NCBI RefSeq assembly: GCF_001194135.2
Contig: NC_068981.1
Location: 166,893,549-166,957,548 of the forward strand
Length of the DNA stretch: 64,000 nucleotides
Direction: 5' to 3'
Source: Octopus bimaculoides
Taxonomy: Eukaryota
Made by a program: the position numbers and the translations under genes. Under the pieces are notes generated by a model. It was not told where the DNA came from, did no database searches, and saw only the letters and a program-made list of their open reading frames with translations. Below, piece by piece: positions 1-12,457 of this stretch. Position 1 is the first letter of the stretch; every line of letters starts with the position of its first letter.

Positions 1-164
1 TGCCTGAATCAGTTATTGATAAAATAACACCAGCAAAATACTCAAGTCTAATTAACTGTTTATAACATTAACCCTTGTTTTTTCTTATTTGCTTTGTTCC
101 TTTGTTAGACTTCATTATCATCATTATTATTATTATTACCATTAATATTATTATTATCACAAAG

Positions 165-327
165 GGCTGAGGCTGTCTACCAGAGCATGAAAACCACATT
201 TGGTGCCCATCTATGCCATTTACTTCAAATAAATTCCCGTTCTGTGCAAACTGCAGAAACCTTCAAGAATGATCAAAATATGCCAGACCCATGGAGCCAA
301 TTTTTACATCGGGCACCTGAATCAAAT
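165..327 (+). CDS. TRAPPC8: TRAPPC8 coding exon (internal; the gene begins upstream of the window): (R)AEAVYQSMKTTFGAHLCHLLQINSRSVQTAETFKNDQNMPDPWSQFLHRAPESN
   Basis: Acceptor ...cacaaAG at 163-164, donor GTAAGT at 328. Translation matches the recalled TRAPPC8 motif AESIYEEMKQKYG..CYLLKINS...IPDPWSQYL. Phase 2 in, phase 0 out. Confidence 0.93.
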
Positions 328-1887
328 GTAAGTGTTCATTGTTATTTTTTACCTTATAATTTAGAAGTTCAGAATAGGTTATTTTAAGACCTTGCTAAAA
401 GAAAATTTAAAAGTTATTTAATACAGTGTTATTTAAAATTCTTGAAAAGTTTCTTAATGCATGTAGCAGAATATTTTGAAATTATATGTTCTCCTTTCAA
501 GGATGAGTGTTTCTCTCAAAATTCTTCAAACTAATGAGTATTAGGTTTTTCTGAGTGAATATATCTCTGCTTAGTGAAGTTTTTGGATTTTTTTTCCTAT
601 TAAGTGTGTGTTTGTGTATACATACAGACCTTTGTTACATTTTCACCAATATCCAAATAAATTTTAACATAGCACATCTGTTTGGCTGATGCTTTTTCAT
701 TTCCAAGACAATTTTATGTACTTGTTTTTTATCTTCACCTTAAAATCACTCAGAGTAATAGATGGATGTTTTTAAAACCTTGTTTTTTTTTTATTTTTTA
801 GTATATATATATTTATGAATGTGTATATGTTTATGCATACATAAATATACACTTAATCATTTTGAAATGTCCAAAAAGTTTTCTTTCTTAGGTAATAACC
901 ATGTTATTTATATTGATAAAATTCTTATTACACTGCCATGGTTTAGGGAGTTTATAGATATGCAATTAGTAACATTTCTTATGTAATATAGGTATTTACA
1001 TTACATATATACTGACATTTATACAGTGAACAACAATAACATTAATATTATTAAAAAAATTCAGGACTGTTCTTTTCAAATGAGTTAGTGTATTTCAAAA
1101 TATTATTATTAGCTATGTCTTTAGAATATTAAACGTTTTTTTAAAAATGATAAATATAAGAACTACTGTAAATATTCATAAGAATGCTAAGTAGCTTAAT
1201 AATTCCTTAGCTTAAATGTAACCAAACAATAGTTACAGTTCCTGAAAATAATGAATACTATGTGATTTGAGAAAAGATTAAAAAAATTGCTAATTGTAGT
1301 ATAATTTATATACATTCTTAATTCTTCAGCTGAATTAAAATCTTCAGTTGAATTAAAATCTTCAGTTATAATGTTAAGTGCATAACCATTTTGAAGGGAA
1401 ACTGTATGTTCCAATACTAATCTTATAGGTTACTGAAATATGCACATAAAAATACATGCAGTGTGTGTGTATGTGCAATGTGGAGGATGCAGAGAGAATA
1501 ATTCTTTTTGTACATTATGCTGGACATGTTTTGTTCTGTTGGTGATTATATGACATGCTTTCTTAAAAGGGAAAGACAATAGTGAATTGTTCGAGTGAGT
1601 GAATGTAGCAATAGAAGATAATTGTTGTAGCTAGTTACAGATTCATCACCTACTTTCACCATGCTGAAATAGAGATGATTTGTCTTAGAAACAGGTTTGT
1701 TGTCAAAAATCATGTTCAAATTCAGAATAGTCTTCCAGTAGAAACCGAAAACTGTATGTCAAAAATGCATCCCTTGTATAAATATACATATACTAATATA
1801 TATAATTTTCAGCAGTTACCAGCTGATAATGTACTGAAACAATTTGAAATAAAGCCTGTCCATTCTATCTTGTATAAAAATTCTTAG

Positions 1888-2257
1888 ACACACACACTCA
1901 CTCACGCACACATGCACATGCATGCACACTCTCACATACATACACGCACGCACACTCTCATGCTCACACATACACAGTTACACACACAGACATGCACGGA
2001 CACACTTGCTCATGCACACACACACACACACTTGCATGCAAATACTCGCACATGCACATGCGCACACACTTCTGCATATGCACGCACTTCCACACACACA
2101 CACACACGCACCTGTGCACACACATGCACACTTGCAGACATGCACACACTTGCACACGCACACACTTGCACACGCACACACTTACACGTGCCCACAGTTA
2201 CACGTGCTCACAGTTACACATGCACACACACTTACACATGCGCATGCACACACACGC
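1888..2257. repeat. Compound imperfect (CA)n/(CACG/CATG) microsatellite
   Basis: Read directly. It generates the H/T-rich and C/V-rich spurious ORFs. Confidence 0.95.
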
Positions 2258-4505
2258 TTGCTGAATCTGAGGGAAGAGGCAGTACCTTTGGCTTTGCAAG
2301 ACTGCTGGGAATGTTTCTCTTCAACTATTGCAAGGCGAAGCTTTTAGGAAAGAGATGGACAAGGTAGGAATTTGAGAGCGTCAGTATTCTGGGAAGACAA
2401 GGAACATATAAGGGTCAGATACACTCTTTACAAATGATTAAAAACGAATGGTGTTTATAAATATGTATGACGGATGATATGAAATTAAAAATATATATGT
2501 TAATTTATCACTGTTTTTTGGGGCTAGTTACTAACTCGCCGGTTGATTTCCTTTTTTGGTAATCATTTCCGTCCTTTTATGCTCAGACCGACTGTGCAAA
2601 CTCGGCTCCTTGCATTCTCATCTTTCTTAGAAGAAAGGACTGAGTGCAGGGGTTAGTGTGGGGCCTAGGAAGTCAGTTGGAGACAAAAAGAGTGATGAGG
2701 GGAAAAACAAATAAATGGGAATGTCTGAGTGGAAGTCATTTGAACCCAGTCAGCTTCAATTATAATTAGTTGTAAGAAAAGTAGAGAGAGGAGACGGCAT
2801 GCTTGTTAGTGACTTTATGTATAAACTATGTTACTGAGTAAACTGAAAAGAATTGGTGCTTTACAAATGAAGTTTCTTCTGATGGGTTAAAAATTTCTTT
2901 GTCACTCTTGTCATGACATGCAGAGAAATCAAAGATTGGTGAACTGGAATGTGAAATAATAGAACCTTTGGTATTATTATTCACAAATTCCTATATTCAA
3001 TATATGAAGTATAACCCCTTTAGAACTATGCAACAAATACAATACTTTCTTGAATATATAAATTTATTTACTGTATTTGAAGCAATTAGTTTGTCTTCTA
3101 TGAGATCACTTCATTAAGAGTTTACTGATCTTCAAATCTCTTACTTTCAAGTCTCTTGTCTTCAACTGGTTAAAAATAATATATTGCAGCTTTTTACCAT
3201 AAGTGACAAAAAATTAAGACAGTTCTTATTTTTATGACATTATGTACATGATAGAAGAAACCTTAATTGAAAATTGAGTACTACTTTATGTATTTAAATG
3301 TAAGTTGTCAACAGTTATGTACATCATAGCCTATATTAGACATTTGCAGACACAGTCATAGTTTATTCAAAGATGAGGCTTTCTTGTTGCTATTCTAAGT
3401 TTCCTATTTCAGTTCTTCATTATGGAAATAGAGAAACAGAGTGAAGCATGAATTTTGATGAATACACAATATTTTGAATTTAGATGTAAAAACATTAGTG
3501 CTGAATGCATACTTACAGGAAAGTGCGTATAGTCTCTTATGTGTATGTGTTGGTTTAATCATGTAAATCATTAATTTTTTATTTTCATGCCGATATCCAT
3601 GTTGATATTGGTAATCTTCAGAGGTTGTGAAGAAGAGATAAGCATATCTCTCTCTCTTTGCACTCACTGTTCATTGCTGTTATCAGTTCACTAGTCCAGA
3701 CTGATATTGAACTGGATATCTGAGGAAACCAATGCAAGATCTAATGGTCTATTTATCTACTTATGTAACCGATATTTGAGTGTATATGTGTTGGATTGAC
3801 TTCTGTATCATATCTTGTTTGAAAGGACTTTTCAGTTGTCCAATAATAAACATTAGCAACAGTCTGTCATTCAGAAACTAGATATATCAAGCCATTGACG
3901 GACATATCACATTGCTGAGAGAAATTGAGTTCATTAGAAACTGCATGAAAATGTCTATTACAATATTTTGCTATACAATTTTACAAAAAATATATACCAT
4001 GCCAGTCTTTCTAACAGAAATACGATAGAAATTAACTGAAGTTGAATTCATCTCCTTTGAAAGGAAGGAATGTTAATGCGAATAGTTAAATCAAAGCTTG
4101 AATAAAATTCAATCATAACTTCGACTGGTATTGTTATTGCCAAAAAATGCGTACTGTTGTGAGAATCAGTTAATATACTGAACTGAATTTTGCATCAGAA
4201 TGTGTGTAAAAGGAGAATCAAATGAACCTTTGCAGCCTCGTTTTACACACATATATATATATAGACAAACTTAGAGATAAATTTTGTGCAGGTGATTGTA
4301 GTATGCCCAATAAAGAAAGAACCCAATGTTATGAAGAGAGTAGGGACACTTAGGATTTATCCTCTGCTTACAACATGGTAAGATGTTGGGATTTTCATCT
4401 CTTCAGAGAAGACTCTTAGAAGATGAGTTGCAACATTTGGACATGCACTGTATAGAAATTTATATACTTATTTGTTGGTGTTGCATTCATAATCTTTATA
4501 ATGTT

Positions 4506-4549
<44 letters not shown>

Positions 4550-7500
4550 ACAGAACATATTTCACCAGTACTGTTAAAAGAAGTTAAATGATCAAAAAGT
4601 TGTACAATACAGATTTGTTACAATTTATTTTAATCAATTTTTATACTGGTTTATATAAATGATATACTGATATTTCAACATAAAATGTCCTTTTCTTAGC
4701 TTGAAAATTTATTCGAGACTTGAGATGTCCTCTGTACTTTACTCTGTTGTTAAAATCATTCTATAATCATTGTACTTTTTCGCCCGACAACTTTTATTAA
4801 TCTCAGAAAGGGTGAGATTTTAAAAAATTCTTAATCAGAAAAGTTGCTAAATTAATAAAGTACTTAGGCTATACTACGAATTTAATGACACTGAAGTCCA
4901 AAGAACATTTGAAATTGTGACTTGTGAATTTTTCAAGCTGAGTCATGACATTTTATGTTGTAATATCAGCTATGTAAACAATTTTTGATAATGGTGTGAA
5001 TAAAGTAAACTGTAATAAATCTGGTCGTATGGCTTTCTGAATTCATTTAACATACACACACACTCTCACAAACATATACATACACATGTTCACACATGTA
5101 CTGTTCCATTTGATTACATCAGTAAATAATTTTGAAGTTGGTACACTATATAGAAAGAATAGAAAAACTTCCTTGCATTCAGTCCATATGCATTTAAAAT
5201 AAAATATATACAAAGACTTTCTAAACTCTGTGTTTTATTCTGTTTCTTGCTATTTGAACACTAACAAAAGCTTTGTTTAGTTACACAAAAAACACATCAA
5301 CATGCATAGATATTCATTGTATTTCATCCTCTCATTCTCCTTGTATTATATTTCATTGAAGTTCTAACTTTATGGTTTGAATGTGTGTGTGTGTGAGATT
5401 TTTTTTTGATTTTTTTTTATGCAATCATATGCTTTTGTTATTGTTTACCAGTTATAATGGAAAATCAGCACTAACCTCTCATTTTTCTTCAAATCCATCT
5501 AAATTCATTACACTCATGCAGTTTGTTACATTCAACAGGTCATCTCTCCACTTGCTGAAAAGGTATTTGCTTTTGCTGTTTTGCTGCTAGATCCTAAGGT
5601 TTTGAAGCCCAGTACAGCAGTTGGATATTTCTCTTGTATGCCTAGTTAGAAGCAGCTAATGCACTGTAAAGATTATTTTATTTTATTTTTTTAACCATAG
5701 GTAGATAAAAAAAAACTAAGCTGTATTAAGTTAACTGTACATAATTAAAAAAATTTGACTTACTATATTATTAAAAAATAAAGTATAATATAGAGAAAAT
5801 CATAGTGTTTTAAATTATCAAATATTTTGAAAATAAGTTAATAACCAATGCTACACAAAATAATTTTTGCAATATAAGGAAATATAAATAAATTGTCTTT
5901 AATATTAATTGTTACAAGAATTTTCAAAATACTTTTGTTTCTATTGATTAGGAACATAATTTTAGTTTCAGTGAATAACTTCTTAGATAACATACTTGCA
6001 TTCACTTAATCTAGGATTGAAATCACAAACCACATTGCAGTTGAGGATTCAAAGTTTTTACAGAAATGTCAAGATTTAGTTAAACAAAAATTGCCCAGAA
6101 TAGATCAAGGGTCCTTTTTATATTCTCAGAATATTCTCAGTATTATAGCACTATCTGTATTTCTTTGCTTCCTCAAATCTACATATGGTTCCTTTCATGA
6201 ATAGTAGAAACTTCATTCTGTAGTTCCTAATGATTTACATTTCTGCTCTTCACCTGTCTAGTCATTTCTGATGTTGCTACTTGTTATTGAGATTGTACTT
6301 TTTTTTCTTTTTTATCCTAAGAGGTTGATTATTTTTCTTCTTTACATTTCAAAATACAAATATAACAAACAAATAAAAGTACAATATGAAATCAATGTTC
6401 TATACTCAGTTGTTTGTAGTGTTTTAAATTAGGTTATTTAGAAATTCTGTTGTCAAAAATATGTTTAGGTACAGCTGAAGATCTACAAAGTGTAAAAAGG
6501 CCAAATGTATTATTTGTCTGGTCAGCTGAATAAAATCTTAGATTTGTCTGTTATATCAGGAATATGAAATTTTTGTTTTGTTGATGTTAAAAGCTAGAAA
6601 ACATTGATAGACATATAGGCTTAAAGGAAATTATATCAGTAGAATTAAAGATAGTCTTATCAGGATGGAAAGAGCAATAAATGTAGGGAGCATTAAAAAG
6701 TCATTATGAAGCATCATTGAACTCAGTCATTTATGCTTTGTTCTAGAGCATTAGTGCAATAAACAAAACAGTTCCAACTGAGAAGTAAAATCATACTAAA
6801 CTTGGTTTATTGAAAAGTTACTTCTACACTTCATTCTTAAAAAAACAAAAACTTCAAAAAGAGTACCTCATAGTATCTCTTGAATAATGAATTTAGGTAT
6901 TTTCAACTTCTCTAACGAGATGAACAAACAATAAAATACATATTTTCAATTTATACGATCATCAATTTTCTTAATTTAATATTGAAATATGTTTCTGGTT
7001 CTTGTCATTAGTGAGCTCTTTTTCTCAGGTACATTTCACCAATATAGGTTTTGTTACTTTATAAAATGTCAGTTTAAAGTGGACTGCAAATGTTGGCTAG
7101 TTCTATAGATTTATCATTTTGTTTTTATTACTAAAGTTCTTTTACCTTGTACGTTTTGTTTTGCAATCATAATTAATCCTTATGTCTTTACTTGTAATTC
7201 ATCCAATAATGTTTATTTTTCTACAAACCTCAAAATATTTACAGTGAAACAATCTTTTTAAAATAAGTTAAAATGAATCTCACTAGTTTATAATTATCTC
7301 TTGATATAATGACTAACAATTATAACTCCATAACCAAATGCCTAAAAGATCACTTACTATTTTAAAACTAATCTTTTAAAATTACCAATTTCTCTTCAAG
7401 AGATTCTAATAAATAAATTTGAAAAAAAAACGAAGAAATCCTATTTGTAAGTCATGTAGATGATTAAAAAAAAAAACAAAAAAACTGTGCTCAACCATTT

Positions 7501-10043
7501 CACTCAAAAAGTTCTATCTTCTATAAACTTGAATATGAAACCTCTTAAATAGATATTTAAAACAAAGGATTATTTAACAAAAAAAAAAATTGTCTTAAAA
7601 TAATATACTCTATTTTTATATGAAGTTAAAACAATGCAAATTATATGAAATAATATAGGCTGGTTTGTAATTTTACATTGTATTCAGTATTTCTCTGAAG
7701 GTAGCTCACAACACCATTTCTCTGAAGATTTCCTGAAGGGGTCCTAACCCTGAAATATTGAAATATAGTGTAAAATTACAAACCATCAACCTGTATTATT
7801 TCTTATAACTTTTTTACTTTATAAAAAAAATTAAAAAACAGCTATACTAATACAATACTCTGTTTATTTTTCTAAGATACTTCATTAAATGACTAGTGTA
7901 ATAATTTGTATCTTGAAAAAGTCATTAAGAAACTTTCTGATTTAAAGCAGTTTTAATTTGTCTGTTGGTATATACTAGAAAACTGTTTATTTGTTTTGCT
8001 GCTTTTATAACTGTATGTCATGATGAAAGTCTTTAGAAGGTTAGTTTAAATCAGGGTTATTGAGACAATGCATGAGACAATATCTTCTGATTAATAAATC
8101 AGTTTATAAATAACTATAAATGCACTCCTAAAAATGAAGTGTTATTTAAATTAACCCAATTTTCATATAATTTGTTGATTTGCAGTTCTTTCACCATACA
8201 CTACATGTTATAAAAATTTGAAAATACTACTTTGGCAAAAGAACTGGAATATGCAGATGTATTTTGAGTTAATATTTACTATTTTTTTCTCTCTCTTGTC
8301 TCAGTTTCCCTTGCTTATTGAACATTTATTCAATAATATTTGCTTTTTTTCAGATTTTTAGAAATAAGCTGATTTGTTTTAACTGTGCTTGAGCTTTATA
8401 CATATTTATACATTTCATAAAGGTTGAGAATAGTCTTATTGTCAAGCAAAGTAAACTAACTGGTTATTGGCTTTCTAATTTTTCTTTACTTTTTGTTTTG
8501 CGGGTGTTTTTTCTTTTTTTCTTTTAGCAAGTATAGTTTTTAATTTTACTTTTTTTTTTAACAATTGAATGTATTACTTTCTGAATGTCATTCCATCACT
8601 TTTCATACTATATTTTTGTTTCCTCATTAACTCAGGCATTAATTAATAGCAGATAAGGAAAGCACTGGTCATTTCCCACGTGTTGACCTTTGTTGAAGTT
8701 TGTTTCTCAATGCTTTATTGATATACACTGATGATCTGACAGAAACTAGTCAGTTTTCTGTAACATAAGTTGCTTTATCATTAATATACATCTATATTTA
8801 CATATCTAATTTATCTTGTGAGTGTTGTAGAACAGAAGGTAAACTCATAGCAGGCTGAATATGAAACCTGGATTTGATTTCTGGTTGTAGCCAGCTCACT
8901 TCTTTTAGATTACTAATGTCCTTGGATATTTTTTTCTTTCTTTCTTCCCCTCAATTTTAGATTTCCTATCTGCCCAAGGAAGGCATTAGAAAGTCATTTG
9001 AAAGTACAGTTTCTGAGACACTATGACAATTCATAGTTTTTGAAATACTTCACTGTATTCAATTAAAACTGTAGAATCTTTGGAAACTAGTGGTAGTTGG
9101 TGTTGGTAGTTATTGAGTATAAAAAGTTTGAGAAGTGGAATCAATTTTGTCATGAGGAAAAGAAGTTTAATGTATTGGTAAAACTCTATTGAGAGTTCTT
9201 GGACAAAACAGTAAACTTCCTTTTCTCATGATGAATGATTTCTTCCACTTAGTGAAGTTTTTGTGTTTAGTATATTTAATTTTTTTTCTCCTTTTTCAAA
9301 TCAATAGCATCATAGTGTTTGTTATTATACAAGATATGGTTTCTGGATTAGAACCAACATTTTTAGCATTCATTGATTATATACAGCAGTAAATATTTCA
9401 TGATATTGGTTTAATTATAGTCAGCAAATTAAATTACTAAAAGACAAATTATTGTAATGTAAATTTAATGTTATATTCAGTATCATTAAGTGAAATATGT
9501 AGTTACTAAGTCATATCTGAACTTGAGAATATGACTATTCAACCTGTTAAACTGTATGTATGTGTGTGTAGGCATGTATTTAGTTTGATTTGAGAATTAC
9601 ATTTTTTTAGGCATATGCAGACATGTCTTATTTTGCTTCCTTATCAAAATATGGTTGGCAATTAGTCTTTGCATGATTTCCAATTTTTTCTTTAGCTTGT
9701 TATGAATTTTATCTCCATTTCAGCTTCAGCTACATTTACAATTGTTCTGTTCAAAGGACTGTTCGTTTTTTGTTAATTTTCATCTTTTTCTCTTACAGCT
9801 AAGTAATGAAATGCTAAAATGTTTTCAGATATGTGTATGTATGTGGTATGCATGTGTGTATGTACATCTATGTGTTTTGCTAATGGTTACTGAAGCTGAC
9901 ATTGACTCATGAATCTTTGTCTTTGGATGAATTTCATGCATCTTTATCTTTGTATGATATACCGTTTTATTTTATATATTTTTTGCATGTAAAGATGATG
10001 TAATTCATTTTTTTATAAAATGACAATGTGATATAATCATACA

Positions 10044-10500
10044 CTATAAGTTTGACAGTGGCACTATAGGTTCCAAGGGAACCCAACTTTGGGTCAAGTA
10101 AGCAGGATAAAGAGGCCTTAGAATATGCATCCATGTGCTATGCTTACTGTTTTGGAGCGTAGCTTCTTGTGAATTATCCTGCATTATATCAATACTCTGC
10201 GTTCTCAGTCTCATATTTCTATGAACCTTGTGAAACCTATGTCTCCGAGATTCCAACTTAGGTAGGAATAAATCTCAATCTAGTATTTATTCATATTGTT
10301 CTTCAAGCAACATTTCTCTGGGTATTCTCAACCCTCCTATGTGCCCTGTATGACCAAATTATCTGGACTGTTTTAATTAGAAAACTTACTTTGTTCCTTA
10401 TAAGGATACTTTTATTGATAATCCTATCATTTTGTACTTAATTACGGTAGACTGCAACTCTGCCCTCGATGAACTGTTGTCTTGTTCATCTAAATCTACC
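10044..10500 (-). mobile_element. Ancient RTE-like LINE ORF2 C-terminal relic
   Basis: Minus-strand frames give DRIINKSILIRNKV and R*FGHTGHIGGLRIPREML (compare LRWFGHVxRM..RIPK.ML), continuing in frame into the 10044-10256 ORF. Confidence 0.5.
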
Positions 10501-10984
10501 TTAGTTTTGATGTTGTATTGTTCATGGTGTATTCATGAAGTTAAATTATCTACTAAACATTGCTCTACATAGAACATCAGCTATTAAAAGATTCCATGTG
10601 CACAATGTACTGTTTGTACACTCTTTGTGACAGTTCACATTGTGATATGTTTGTATACACACTGGCTTTTAATTTTGTTTGAAAACTGTTCTGGTTAAAT
10701 CAAATTATATGTGCCATGTTATGTCTACATACTCATGTAATTTATCTATTTGTATGTTCTCGGGTTGATTTGGTACTGGCACCACCAACCTAGATACTAA
10801 TTTTGTTAATATGGTGCTTTATAAGCCAAACCATTCTCCAACTACCTACTTATTGCTCTCTTATCAGATACATTGAGCAAGTGAGGTCACTATCTTGACA
10901 AAAGAATTGTTACATAACAGGATATCCAGGATTACTCAGTATTGGCACTTGTCTGCATGTAACATTTTATCAAAGATTATTCTA

Positions 10985-11140
10985 AGTAGAGCCATAGGCT
11001 CATAAGGCCAGTTTCCTGGATTCTGTGATGTATATGTTTCCCCCTTGGATGGGTCACTGGCCCATCATAGAATAACTCATTTTTGCCAGCTGAGTGGACT
11101 TGAGCAATGTGAGACGAAGTGTTTTTCTCAATTGAAACCA
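10985..11140 (-). mobile_element. SINE 3' portion sharing the central domain and tail of family C
   Basis: Reverse complement: ttgctcaagtccactcagctggcaaaaatgagt..atgatgggccagtgacccatccaaggggg..gaaactggccttatgagcctatggctc. Confidence 0.6.
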
Positions 11141-11145
11141 CAATC

Positions 11146-11404
11146 TTATCGGTCTCTTTTGCTGAATTGCTAAATTACGGGGATGTAAATACACCAACAT
11201 TGGTTATCAAGTGAAGGTGGCAGAACACACACACACATATGATGGGCTTATTTAATTTCCGTCCACCAAATCCACTCACGAGGCTTGGGTTGGTCCAAGG
11301 CTATGGTAGAAGACATTTGCCGAAGGTGCCATGCAGTGGGACTGAACCCAGAGCCATGTGGTTGGTAGGCAAGCTACTTACCACACAGCCACTCCTGCGC
11401 CTAT
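11146..11404 (-). mobile_element. SINE family A copy
   Basis: Reverse complement reads ggcgcaggagtggctgtgtggtaagtagcttgcctaccaaccacatggctctgggttcagtcccactgcatggcacc, homologous to 22922-23313. Confidence 0.85.
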
Positions 11405-11742
11405 TATATATATATTATATATGTAAAAAGTCATAAATGACAGAGAAATAGTTTGATGAAATTTTATTTAATAAGAAAATTCTAATGTAAGTAATTTGTT
11501 ATTAAATATAAATTATTTACATGTTTTTAAGTTACAAGACATTGTCATGATATTAGAATTTTCTTATTGTTAAATGAAATTATATCAAACTGTTTGTCAT
11601 TTATGACTTCATCATTTTCTTGTATCATACTATATATTCCATATGTTTTGTAGAATGATACATTAAGGAGCTTTTTTTTTTCTTTTTTACGAGTACTAAT
11701 GGATCACTTGAATCCATATGTTGTAATTTTATATATAAATAT

Positions 11743-12053
11743 ATGGCACTTGTGCCGGTAGCACATAAAAAGCACTGAGTGTGGTCAATGCCAGTGTTGC
11801 CTGGCTGGCTCCAATGCCTGCAACACGTAAAAAAACACCATTCAAGTGTGGTCAGTAACGCTTGACTGGCCCCTGTGCTGCTGGCACGTAAAAAGAACCC
11901 ACTACACTCTCGGAGTGGTTGACTTTAGGAAGGGCATCCAGAAACTTTGCCAGATCAGATTGCAGTCTGATGCAGCCCCCTGGCTTGCCAGTCCTCAGTC
12001 AAACTGTCCAACCCATGCCAGCATGGAAAACTGACGTTAAACGATGATGATGA
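11743..12053 (+). mobile_element. RTE 3'-tail fragment or tail-sharing SINE with about three degenerate tandem copies of the gtgcc..gcacgtaaaaagcacc segment
   Basis: Contains gaagggcatccag and ends acccatgccagcatggaaaactgacgttaaacgatgatgatga, homologous to the tail of the 12458-14130 LINE. Confidence 0.8.
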
Positions 12054-12457
12054 ACCTTACAATCATGAGTGCAATGCACTAACCAGTAAGTCATGTTCCT
12101 CCATGTATATGTGTCTGTGTGTTAATAATGATCTCTACTAGTCTGTTAGAATTCAAGAGATTATCTCCTGTTTATAAGTCTACTTTTATAATTGTGGAAG
12201 AAACTCTTCATCGGGCTACACTCGATTCCTTACTAAAATGTCCTTCTGAATTATAAACTCTGCTTTATAATCATAAACACATAAACCAATACTCAATTGC
12301 TAACTCTTTGTTCATTGCATTCAGTATCAAAGGATAATTCTGCTTTCCATTAAGTTTTTCTTTTTTTCCTTCATTCTTACTTTGCTAATATGGTTTTTAT
12401 TTTTTATCCAACACTTTCTCATATTCTTAAGTATGGAAAATATTTAGTTTGATTCAA

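Noticed and set aside
1323-1367. 18-bp tandem duplication (tcttcagttgaattaaaa, 2.5 copies)
   Set aside because: Ordinary local slippage with no sign of function.
1912-2367. His/Thr-rich and Cys/Val-rich ORFs here and at 22576-23746, 50048-50638 and 63168-63743
   Set aside because: Microsatellite translations.
3681-3718. Hairpin tatcagttca...tgaactggata as a pre-miRNA
   Set aside because: The stem is only about 10 bp plus a bulged inner helix, too short and irregular for a Drosha/Dicer substrate.
8015-8092. Box C/D snoRNA (ATGATGA...CTGA); a similar pair at about 2692-2738
   Set aside because: No terminal stem and no recognisable rRNA/snRNA guide; the second pair is too short. The motifs are common in AT-rich DNA.
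8470-8537. 3-nt microexon CAA after a long pyrimidine tract (cttttAG|caa|GTATAG)
   Set aside because: The donor is poor, and T-rich tracts followed by AG are frequent in this intron.
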